A DNA stretch of 64,000 nucleotides from an uncultured Gemmiger sp. (lineage in GTDB: Bacteria; Bacillota; Clostridia; Oscillospirales; Ruminococcaceae): assembly GCF_944388125.1 (NCBI RefSeq), contig NZ_CALXHO010000003.1. One strand, 5' to 3'. Below are positions 39,972 through 48,289 of this stretch, one piece after another. The position numbers and the translations under genes were made by a program. The stretch's first letter is position 1. Every line of letters begins with the position of its first letter. Under the pieces are notes generated by a model that saw only the letters and a list, made by a program, of their open reading frames with translations, was not told the DNA's origin and did no database searches.

Positions 39972-41183
39972 TCATTCCTCCACCGTAGCAGTGGCAGGAA
40001 TCTTTCCGGGAGTGGGACACAACACTGGCAGCGGCTGACCCTTCCGGGCAAAGAATACACAGGGGAGCAGCACCAGGAAGGGGTTGGAGGCAATCAGGAA
40101 AACCTTGTTCTCCATCAGAAAGTAGGCAAGCATTCCGGTCATGCACAAAAGCTCGCCGGTATGCTGCCCCCGGCACAGCCGCCACAGCAGTACCAGAAAG
40201 ACCGCCGCTACCAAAATGGCGCCGATCAGCCCTTTATTCATGGGCAGGGCAAGGTACATGTTGTCGATGGAATGGTGCTCATCGCCGTCTGTGGGGACAC
40301 CGCCCAAAAGAGAGAGAGGCGTCTGCCAGAATACATTGTGCCAGATCTCGAACCGCCCCGAAAACAGCCGGTCGATCCGTCTGAGGATGGGGGTACGGTC
40401 AGGGACCATGGGGTCGAAAAAATACCCCGCAGCCACGCTGAACACAGTCAGCAGCGGATACACTGCCAGCAGCAGACCGTGATAAAGGCGGCTTTCAAAA
40501 ATACGGGGCAGCAGTTTCTGCAACAGAAACAGCAGAAGCAGCAGGAGCATGGCGCCGCCTGCCCCGCGGCAGATGGGCACAAACAGGGTATACAGCAGCA
40601 GGGCGGTCAGTCCGGCCCAGTCATACCAGCGCAGACGGGGCCAGCGCAGCCAGGCCCAGGCAAAGAAAACACCAATCAGCCGGGCTCCGTACCCGTTATA
40701 ATGCCCGTAACCATAGTCCCAATTCCGGCAGTAATATTTGAAGGGGACAAGGGGAGTGGTGTAATGCAGCAGCTGTACCACAAAAAGGCTGGCGGCGGTC
40801 ACGGCCAGAAAGACCCGCACCGCTTTCCTCAGGTCCACATCCTTTGCGCCCAGCCCGGCCAGGGCGGCCAGCACAAACCAGTTGTCGTCGCCATAGAGGG
40901 AGGCAAAACCGGTGTAAGCGATGACGGCGGCCAGCAATACCCATTGCCCTCTGCTTTCATACCGGGTGAGCAGGACACATTTGGCAAGAAGCAAAAGGGC
41001 ACCGCATCCGGTCAGGGCAACGCGGAACAAAGTGCTCAGCGTGGGCAGGGTGGACTGGATGTTGGAACTGAACACTTCGCTCAGAATCAGCAGCATGGCC
41101 AGCCCGGTACAGTAGACCCGCTGGGCGAGCAGACGGCAGCTCTCCTCTGAAAGGGAAATACCGTTCATGCGTTGGATCAGCAT
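39972..41183 (-). CDS. Polytopic membrane protein, Wzy/O-antigen polymerase-like
   Basis: About 10 TM segments; YGYGHYN, FSGRFEIW, IDNMY, MEN motifs resemble Wzy family; GGAGG RBS. Confidence 0.7.
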   Translation of the reverse strand: MLIQRMNGISLSEESCRLLAQRVYCTGLAMLLILSEVFSSNIQSTLPTLSTLFRVALTGCGALLLLAKCVLLTRYESRGQWVLLAAVIAYTGFASLYGDDNWFVLAALAGLGAKDVDLRKAVRVFLAVTAASLFVVQLLHYTTPLVPFKYYCRNWDYGYGHYNGYGARLIGVFFAWAWLRWPRLRWYDWAGLTALLLYTLFVPICRGAGGAMLLLLLLFLLQKLLPRIFESRLYHGLLLAVYPLLTVFSVAAGYFFDPMVPDRTPILRRIDRLFSGRFEIWHNVFWQTPLSLLGGVPTDGDEHHSIDNMYLALPMNKGLIGAILVAAVFLVLLWRLCRGQHTGELLCMTGMLAYFLMENKVFLIASNPFLVLLPCVFFARKGQPLPVLCPTPGKIPATATVEE

Positions 41184-41264
41184 GGGAAAAACCTCCGTAA
41201 AAGGCGAACAGACCAGAAAAAGATCGAATTACAGAATAGTATGCCCAATGGAGGGGCAAACCCC

Positions 41265-42158
41265 TTATTCGGTGGGGCAGCTCTGACCAAACTGGGCTTT
41301 CAGAATATGGAGAAACTTCTCGGCGGGCTTGGAAAACAGCTGATACTTTTTCCAGACCAGATAAAGCCCCACCTCAAGGCGGGGTTCCAGCGGGCGGAAA
41401 CAGAGGTTGCTGCCTTCGGTGTTGATGAGTTTGTCCAGCACAAAGGCATATCCCAAGCCCTCATCCACCAGGCGGGACGCATTGTAAACAAGATTGTAGG
41501 TGGCGACCAGATTGAGCTGCTCCTGATCCCGCTGCAGCCACTGGATGATATCGGACCCGTTGCAGGTCTGACGGGAGAGGATCAGCGGCTGGTTCAGAAG
41601 ATCCTCCCGCCGGACAGCGGACTTTTGTGCCAGAGGCGCATCCTTTCGCATCAGGATGCCCCAGGAGTCCCGGGCAGGGATCCCCATATAATCATAATAG
41701 GTATAGTCGGTGCCTCCGATCAGGATACCGAAATCGATCAGTCCTTTATCCAGGTTGTCGGAGACATCGCAGGCATCTCCGCTGGAAATCTCGAACCGCA
41801 CATGGGGATACATCCGCCGCATGGTCTCGGCGGCGCGGGCCAGCAGGCGGACAGCATCGGTCTCGCCACTGCCAATGCATACAGATCCGGACAGCATATC
41901 TGCTGAATCCACGATCTCGGTCTCGGTCTTGTGTACAAGATCCAGAATCTCCTCAGCCCGTTTGCGCAGCAGCATGCCCTCCTCCGTCAGGGTAATGCGG
42001 CGGCTTCCGCGGATCATGAGCTGCTTGCCCAGTTCCTGCTCCAGATCTTTCAGCTGCCGGGAGAGGGTGGGCTGGGAAAGATGCAGTGTTTCTGCGGCAG
42101 CGGAAATGCTCTGCTCCCGCGCCACAGCGAGAAAATATTGCAGTACCCGCAGCTCCAT
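41265..42158 (-). CDS. LysR-type transcriptional regulator
   Basis: MELRVLQYFLAVARE.SISAAA..LHLSQPTLSRQ HTH plus substrate-binding domain. Confidence 0.96.
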   Translation of the reverse strand: MELRVLQYFLAVAREQSISAAAETLHLSQPTLSRQLKDLEQELGKQLMIRGSRRITLTEEGMLLRKRAEEILDLVHKTETEIVDSADMLSGSVCIGSGETDAVRLLARAAETMRRMYPHVRFEISSGDACDVSDNLDKGLIDFGILIGGTDYTYYDYMGIPARDSWGILMRKDAPLAQKSAVRREDLLNQPLILSRQTCNGSDIIQWLQRDQEQLNLVATYNLVYNASRLVDEGLGYAFVLDKLINTEGSNLCFRPLEPRLEVGLYLVWKKYQLFSKPAEKFLHILKAQFGQSCPTE

Positions 42159-42194
42159 GACACCGTTTTCCTCCCGATTCCTTTTGATACAGAA

Positions 42195-42280
42195 ACTATA
42201 CCATTGCTATTTCATAACTGTCAAGCATGGAAGGGTATTTGATATAGGTATTTGATAATGGGCCAGGGATACCCTAAAAT
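42195..42280. promoter_or_regulatory. Divergent promoters and LysR box
   Basis: Minus: TTGACA-18-TATAGT; plus: TTGATA-17-TAAAAT; T-N11-A dyad ATAACTGTCAAGCAT; direct repeat GGTATTTGATA x2. Confidence 0.6.
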
Positions 42281-42452
42281 CGTAAACAGAATGGCCGGGG
42301 CAATCATCCCGGCCCGAGCGGTTGACGTTCGTCTCAATAGGTGCTACGCTGGATATGGAAATGGATTTTCGGGACAAGAGACTGCCCTCTTTGCCGGGAG
42401 CGGAATTTGGATTTGGCGTGCATCGGGCTCAGACTACCGGAGGAGGACAAAG

Positions 42453-42704
42453 ATGAGCATGGAGCATACCATCTCTGGGCGTGCAGCCCTGGAACAAAAT
42501 CTCCTGGATGCAGGCTGCTGCGAGGAGAAAACGCGCCAGATCCTGCAACTGTGGGAGGAGGGCCGCATGACGGAATTGCTCCAGCTGCTGCGGTGCCAGC
42601 GGTGCCATCTCATGGAGGCGCTTCACCGGGAGCAGCAAAAAGTCGATTGTCTCGATTATCTGATATACCAGCTCAAATGTTGTGACTGTGGGGAAAAGCG
42701 GTAA
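42453..42704 (+). CDS. Small Cys-containing helical protein
   Basis: GGAGGAGG RBS; QNLLDAGC...QRCHLMEALHREQQKVDCLDYLIY. Confidence 0.8.
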   Translation: MSMEHTISGRAALEQNLLDAGCCEEKTRQILQLWEEGRMTELLQLLRCQRCHLMEALHREQQKVDCLDYLIYQLKCCDCGEKR

Positions 42705-42813
42705 CGGTACCCTGCTGACCGCGGTGCGTTCCCGGCTTTCAGCACTTCCCAGGCCCCCAACCAAGCCGGAACTGTGTAAGAAAAATTGGATATCACAAAA
42801 GGAGTCGATCAGT

Positions 42814-43947
42814 ATGCTGTATAAAAATTTCGGTGACCTGCGGCTGTCCGCCCTGGGCCTTGGTATGATGCGCCTGCCCAAAAGCGGTAATGGTGACGGC
42901 GACATTGATGAGGCAAAAGCGGCGGAGATGGTGGACTATGCCATCCGCAACGGAGTCAACTACTTTGACACTGCCTACGGCTATCACGGCGGAAAATCCG
43001 AGATTGTGACGGGGCGTATTCTCAGCCGGTATCCGCGGGAAAGCTATCATCTCGCCAGCAAATTCCCGGGCTACGATGCCGCCAACCTTGAGCGCATCCC
43101 GGAAATTTTTGAGGAACAGCTGAAAAAATGCGGGGTCACATACTTCGATTTTTATCTGCTCCACAATGTCTGTGAAGACGACATTGACGGTTATCTGGAC
43201 GAGAGCAAGGGGCTGATGCGCTATCTGCTGGAGCAGAAGGCCGCCGGACGGATCCGTCACCTGGGCTTTTCCTGCCATGGCAATTACGATACGCTGAAAC
43301 GGATGCTGGATACATACGGACAGTACCTGGAGTTCTGCCAGATCCAGCTCAACTATATGGACTGGCACTATCAGGATGCCAAGGCACGGGTGGAACTGCT
43401 CAATGAGCGGAACATTCCCATCTGGGTCATGGAACCCCTGCGCGGCGGCAAGCTGGCCAACCTGCCCCGGTCTGCGGCGGAAAAACTCCATGCCCTGCGC
43501 CCGGAAGAATCCGTTCCCGGCTGGGCGTTCCGCTTTTTGCAGGCCGTGCCGGGGGTTACGGTCACTCTCTCCGGCATGTCCAGTATGCAGCAGCTGGAGG
43601 AAAATGTGGAGACCTTCCGCAGCGAGCAGCCGTTGAACCGGGAAGAATTCGACGCGGCGGTCTCTGTCGCCGACGCCATGGTTTCCGGCGGTGTGCTGCC
43701 CTGCACGGCCTGCCGGTATTGCACCACCCGGTGCCCGGCGCACCTGGATATCCCCGCATTGCTGGCGCTGTATAATGAGTACCGGTTCAGCGGTGATACA
43801 TCGGTGGCACAGGAACTGCGGGAACTGCCGGAGACGGCGTGGCCCAGCGCCTGCATTGCCTGCCGCAGCTGTGAGGGAATCTGCCCCCAGAAGATCAAGG
43901 TCTCCGAGGCCATGGCGGATTTTGCCAAAAGTGCAGGTCTGCGTTGA
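42814..43947 (+). CDS. Aldo/keto reductase with C-terminal 4Fe-4S dicluster domain
   Basis: LGLGMMRLP, FDTAYGY, ASK, LLH; CTACRYC..CP and CIACRSCEGICP. Confidence 0.93.
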   Translation: MLYKNFGDLRLSALGLGMMRLPKSGNGDGDIDEAKAAEMVDYAIRNGVNYFDTAYGYHGGKSEIVTGRILSRYPRESYHLASKFPGYDAANLERIPEIFEEQLKKCGVTYFDFYLLHNVCEDDIDGYLDESKGLMRYLLEQKAAGRIRHLGFSCHGNYDTLKRMLDTYGQYLEFCQIQLNYMDWHYQDAKARVELLNERNIPIWVMEPLRGGKLANLPRSAAEKLHALRPEESVPGWAFRFLQAVPGVTVTLSGMSSMQQLEENVETFRSEQPLNREEFDAAVSVADAMVSGGVLPCTACRYCTTRCPAHLDIPALLALYNEYRFSGDTSVAQELRELPETAWPSACIACRSCEGICPQKIKVSEAMADFAKSAGLR

Positions 43948-43976
43948 GCCCCTGGTGATATGATGTAAAAAGATAG

Positions 43977-44020
43977 AAAACCTCCCCGTCTCCGGATGAT
44001 CCGGCAACGGGGAGGTTTTT
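43977..44020. terminator. Bidirectional terminator
   Basis: AAAACCTCCCCGT...ACGGGGAGGTTTT. Confidence 0.85.
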
Positions 44021-44042
44021 ATATGGCAAATACAGGGAAAAA

Positions 44043-45179
44043 TCAGGAAGAGGCTTCCGTGGTCGCAGCGGCTGCAGCCCGGCGTTTTTGCACATCGCTG
44101 CGCAGCAGCTTGTATGCCGTGGCGGTGATCGGGACGGCAAGCAGCATCCCCACAATGCCGCCGATGCCGCCGCCCACCGTGACGGCAGCCAGTACCCAGA
44201 TGCCCGGCAGTCCGATGGAGGAGCCCACCACCCGGGGGTAGATCAGATTGCCTTCCAGCTGCTGCAGGATGGCGATGAAGATCAAAAAGGCGACGGCTTG
44301 CAGGGGATTGACCGTCAGAATCATGAACGCCCCCACTCCGGCACCCAGATAAGCCCCGACGACAGGCAGCAGGGCAGTAGCGCCCACCAGTGTGCCCACC
44401 ATGGTGGCATAGGGGAAGCGGAAAAGCAGCATCCCCAGGGTACACAGCACACCGATCACGATGGCCTCGGTAAACTGGCCGATGAAAAATTTGGAGAATG
44501 TATCGTTGGCGGTGGAGAGCAGGTAGAGCATCCGGCGATAGGTTTTGCCGCTCAGATAGGTCTGAGCCACCGAGCGGCACTGGGCGGCAAGGTGTTCTTT
44601 TCCTGCCAGCAGGTACAGTGCAAAGATGAAAGCAATCACGACCTGCATGACAACGGCACTCACATTGCTGACAATGGAGACCGCCGACGAGAACAGACTG
44701 CCCATGCCGGAGGAGAGGTAACTCATGGCTTTCTGCACAAACTGAGGCCAGTTGATGTCCAACGTGTTGAGCCATTGCTCAATCTGCGGCGTGGGATTGC
44801 CCAGACTTCCCAGCCAGTCGGAAAACTCGTCCAGCAAGGGCGGAATGCCCAGCAGCATGACGCGGAGAGCGTCTCCCAGCTGGGGGAGAATGATCCAGAC
44901 GAGGAGAACCAGCACAGCGGCGATAATGACAAGGGCACCTGCAAGGCTGATCCCCCGGCGGAAGCGATATACCGGACTGTTCTGCCTGGCAAGAAAGGGC
45001 AGCCGTTCCAGCCGGACGATCAGAAGATTCAGCACATAGGCGATGGCACATCCCAGAAAAATGGGGGTCAGCAGGGCAAATAACAATTGAATCGCCTGCA
45101 GCAAGGTGTCGCTGTACTTCACGATCAAAGCCAGCAGTGCGGCACAGACCAGAAGGATCAATGGCTTTTTGTAGGACAT
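44043..45179 (-). CDS. AI-2E (PerM/TqsA) family transporter
   Basis: AYVLN, LLPVVGAYLG, QQLEGNLIYPRVVG, GIVGMLLAVP. Confidence 0.93.
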   Translation of the reverse strand: MSYKKPLILLVCAALLALIVKYSDTLLQAIQLLFALLTPIFLGCAIAYVLNLLIVRLERLPFLARQNSPVYRFRRGISLAGALVIIAAVLVLLVWIILPQLGDALRVMLLGIPPLLDEFSDWLGSLGNPTPQIEQWLNTLDINWPQFVQKAMSYLSSGMGSLFSSAVSIVSNVSAVVMQVVIAFIFALYLLAGKEHLAAQCRSVAQTYLSGKTYRRMLYLLSTANDTFSKFFIGQFTEAIVIGVLCTLGMLLFRFPYATMVGTLVGATALLPVVGAYLGAGVGAFMILTVNPLQAVAFLIFIAILQQLEGNLIYPRVVGSSIGLPGIWVLAAVTVGGGIGGIVGMLLAVPITATAYKLLRSDVQKRRAAAAATTEASS

Positions 45180-45363
45180 GGGAAAAATCCTTTCCTGAAA
45201 GTGAGATGCCGGAAAATAAGGCAGTATGGCAGGTTTTGCCGCAATTGCCGGAATTGAAAATATTGTAGCATGATCCGGCAATGCTGTCTACCGAACAAAA
45301 AGCCCCGACTGTATCAGCCGGGGCAAAATATATCTTATAGGTAATGAATGCTGGGAAAACAGG

Positions 45364-45843
45364 TTACCGGGCTACGGCCTCCTTGAGCCGGGCGAGATCC
45401 TGTGCATCGGGATGGCTGAGTGCCTGCTCGAAATTCTCAAGCATGGCGGTGCGGCGGGGGCTTTCCTCCATGGCAAGATAGCGGCTGCGGACAGCCTCGG
45501 GCATTTTGCCCTGGCACATATAGCTGCCCACCACATTGGCATCCTTCAGGTTTTGCTGTACCCGTTGAAGAATCTGTGCAAAATAGGCCGGAGCCCCGCC
45601 AAACCCGGCGGTGCCGAACAGAAAAACCTTCTGCCCGGTGACGCTCTGCAAGAAACTGGAGATGGTTTCATCGCAGGTGCCATTGTCAGTCCAGAAGCCG
45701 ACGTAGATGGTGTCGGCTTCCAGGGCGCGGGCATCCGGTGCGCCAAAATAGAGACAATCCCCGGCAGGCAGAGCCTCCCGGATGGTCTGCGCCAGCAGAG
45801 CTGTGTTGCCGGTACGGCTGCTGTATACGATGGAGTAACTCAT
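45364..45843 (-). CDS. bilS: Flavodoxin-like protein BilS
   Basis: YSSRTGNT FMN loop, GFWTD.G, FGTAG, CQGK, HPD; ATGA overlap with bilR. Confidence 0.85.
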   Translation of the reverse strand: MSYSIVYSSRTGNTALLAQTIREALPAGDCLYFGAPDARALEADTIYVGFWTDNGTCDETISSFLQSVTGQKVFLFGTAGFGGAPAYFAQILQRVQQNLKDANVVGSYMCQGKMPEAVRSRYLAMEESPRRTAMLENFEQALSHPDAQDLARLKEAVAR

Positions 45844-46952
45844 TTTGTTTCCTTCCTTTCATAAATGCAATGGACGCCGCGGTGAGCCATCATGCCGCCG
45901 AGGCATTCCTTGTTGCAGCGGACGCAGCGGTGAAGATTCTGTACCTGCCCGGCCAATACCTTATTGGGCCAGTCGGGATCAGCGGTGAGCTGACGGCTCA
46001 TGGCGGCGCAGTCGATACGGCCGCAGGCCAGCTGCCGCTCAATGAAGTCCGGATCCGTCAGACCGCCCACACCGCAGATGGGCAGCTGGGTAAAGCGCCG
46101 GACTTCATCACAGAATTTAAGAAAACATCCTTCCTCTCCAAAAGCGGGATGGTTTTTCGGCGGGATGGTGTCGCTCAGATCCCCATGATTGGCCAGCGTG
46201 ACATGAAAGCTTGTGACGCCGGCCTTTTCCAGAAGGGGCACAAAAACCGACAGCTCCGATTCTGTCACGCCGGCATTCCCGTAATGAGGGTCTTCCTGGC
46301 GGACAGCGAGTTTATAGTCGATGGGCAGATCAGGCAGGCAAAGGCGGATGGCGGAGACCGCCTCCACAGCAAAGCGGGCGCGATTTTCCGGGCTGCCGCC
46401 GTAGCGGTCGGTGCGGTGGTTGAAGACGGTGGAACTGAAACTGCCGCACATACGGTCGCCGTGAACCTGTACCATATCAAAGCCAGCCTGTACGGCCAGC
46501 TCCGCTGCTGTGCCGAAGGCCTCGGTGATCCGGGCAATCTGCTTTTCCGGCAGGTTTGTGATGTAGGGGGCGATCTGCTCATTGAGCAGGGGCCGGAGCT
46601 CCTCCATGGAAATGCGATGGGTGAGGACGCCGGGGATATAGCGGAGCATCCCCTTCAGGTTGGAATCCGACTGATGCAGCTGCGCACACAGCTTGCAGCC
46701 TTCCCGGTGGACAACGTCAGCCATTTCCCGGTAATAAGCCTGGCCCTTGCGGGTATACAGGGAAGGCCCGAATCCGTGCGGCAACACCGGCACATCACCG
46801 ATGATGATCATGGCACAGCCGCCCGCTGCAATTTTTTGCAGGCGCTGCAAGGTCTCTTCCCGGGACAGGCCCAGGCTGGTTGGAGCAAAGATGATGCGGT
46901 TTTTCAAAGTCAGCCCGCCATAATTCAGAGGGCCGCGGATGGTTTCATACAT
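45840..46952 (-). CDS. bilR: Bilirubin reductase BilR, short form (OYE/2,4-dienoyl-CoA reductase-like barrel)
   Basis: LKNRIIFAP; H164-G-D166-R167 (HGDR) motif; RTDRYGGS.ENRARF; Fe-S motif CVRCNKEC...C; bilQ-bilR-bilS order. Confidence 0.88.
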   Translation of the reverse strand: MYETIRGPLNYGGLTLKNRIIFAPTSLGLSREETLQRLQKIAAGGCAMIIIGDVPVLPHGFGPSLYTRKGQAYYREMADVVHREGCKLCAQLHQSDSNLKGMLRYIPGVLTHRISMEELRPLLNEQIAPYITNLPEKQIARITEAFGTAAELAVQAGFDMVQVHGDRMCGSFSSTVFNHRTDRYGGSPENRARFAVEAVSAIRLCLPDLPIDYKLAVRQEDPHYGNAGVTESELSVFVPLLEKAGVTSFHVTLANHGDLSDTIPPKNHPAFGEEGCFLKFCDEVRRFTQLPICGVGGLTDPDFIERQLACGRIDCAAMSRQLTADPDWPNKVLAGQVQNLHRCVRCNKECLGGMMAHRGVHCIYERKETK

Positions 46953-47362
46953 GTAGGATCGGCTTCTTTCTGAAATGCTTTTGCCAAGAGGGAAAACAAC
47001 TGCTGCTGTTCTGCATCGCTCAGCCGGGACAACGTCTCCTGATCCCAGTCAAAAAAGACCTGATGGCTTACGGCGAAAGCCTCGCGGCCTTTTTCACTCA
47101 GATCCAGATGGTAGGCGCGGCCGCTTTTTTTCCGGGTGAGAAAGCCGTCCTCCACCAGCTTGGTGACGCATCGCTGGGAATATCCCCAGTCCAGGTGAAG
47201 GGCAGCGGTCAGTTCCGCCTGCGTACAGCCTGGGTGCTTGCCCACGTAGATCACAGGAAACAGAGAACCAAAACTCAGTCCCAGCGCCTGCAGACGCTGG
47301 GTGGTGTAAGCGACAAAGCTTCGGTGAAATACCGTGGCGTAGTAAGCCAGTGTCTGGAACAT
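46925..47362 (-). CDS. bilQ: MarR-family regulator BilQ
   Basis: AAAGGAG RBS; wHTH HPGCTQAEL...LDWGYSQRCVTKLVEDGFL; first gene of the bil operon. Confidence 0.85.
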   Translation of the reverse strand: MFQTLAYYATVFHRSFVAYTTQRLQALGLSFGSLFPVIYVGKHPGCTQAELTAALHLDWGYSQRCVTKLVEDGFLTRKKSGRAYHLDLSEKGREAFAVSHQVFFDWDQETLSRLSDAEQQQLFSLLAKAFQKEADPTCMKPSAAL

Positions 47363-47381
47363 CAAACAGTCAACTCCTTTT

Positions 47382-47425
47382 CTTGACTGGGTCAAGTATA
47401 GACCGGAAACTTGACAAAGTCAAGT
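47382..47425 (-). promoter_or_regulatory. bil operon sigmaA promoter overlapped by two palindromic operators
   Basis: TTGACT(47423-47418)-17-TATACT(47400-47395); CTTGAC-TGG-GTCAAG at 47382-47396 and CTTGAC-AAA-GTCAAG at 47410-47424. Confidence 0.78.
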
Positions 47426-47597
47426 ATAATTGCAAAAAAATAATGGACCAAATCACCAGAATCCGCAGCAAAATTTTTGACGGTGAAATGATGAAAAATC
47501 AGCAGCTCGGGCAGCATCTTGCCAAATCATGATGGCCGGCCTGGGATAGAGTATACAAAAAGACACCATTTCCGCACAATGTCGAAAATGGTGCCTA

Positions 47598-47680
<83 letters not shown>

Positions 47681-47783
47681 CTATTCAATTGGAATATTGA
47701 CTTTTCAAAAAAGGCATTGCCCGGGGCTGCGACCTTCGCAGGCCGGGAGAAAAACAGACCCGGACAAGCTGGTCTCTGCGAGT

Positions 47784-48050
47784 TTATATGCCAAACCAAT
47801 ACCGTCTCATCTTTTCAAGAAACTCAGGGGTAATGGGATAACCGGAGCTCTCTCCGATCACCGAATCTATACAACAATATGGACAGATGGCAGTGCCCTC
47901 TCTGTCGCAGTCGTTATCAGCAATGATCCAGCACTCGATTTCAGAAGGAGAAAAAATCTTCCCGCAGTGAAAACAGCCACAGACCTTATCCTGTTTGAGC
48001 TGCTTCATGTGGTTGTTGGAAAACCTGTGAGCCTCGATGTAATCTTCCAT
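47784..48050 (-). CDS. Small zinc-ribbon-like protein
   Basis: AGGAGG RBS; CGCFHC...AICPYCCIDSVI. Confidence 0.82.
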   Translation of the reverse strand: MEDYIEAHRFSNNHMKQLKQDKVCGCFHCGKIFSPSEIECWIIADNDCDREGTAICPYCCIDSVIGESSGYPITPEFLEKMRRYWFGI

Positions 48051-48161
48051 AAGAATGCCTCCTGCAAACACCGATCTTTTTAAAGACGGCGGGAAAAACT
48101 GTGCGGTCTCCCAAAACTGTTCATTTTATAAAGAGGAAGCCATAGGTTGACTGTAAAGACC

Positions 48162-48190
48162 AGTTTACCAACCGGGAGCGGGTTTGTCAA
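48162..48190 (-). promoter_or_regulatory. sigmaA promoter upstream of zinc-ribbon gene and tRNA-Leu
   Basis: TTGACA-17nt-TAAACT with extended TG. Confidence 0.7.
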
Positions 48191-48289
48191 TTCCCACCCG
48201 GTGAGGAAGCCGGGCAAGGTGCGAAAAAGGGGGAAGTGCAAAAAAACCAATAATTCGCCCCCTCCCTGCACATACTCTAAGGCAGGGAG

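Noticed and set aside
37398-42332. 11-nt repeat TTGACGTTCGT at 37398 and 42322
   Set aside because: Too short; many such matches are expected in 64 kb, and it flanks no mobile genes
47580-47586. Perfect 0A box TGTCGAA
   Set aside because: Lies in the hairpin downstream of tRNA-Leu, far from the bil promoter; a single heptamer is expected by chance
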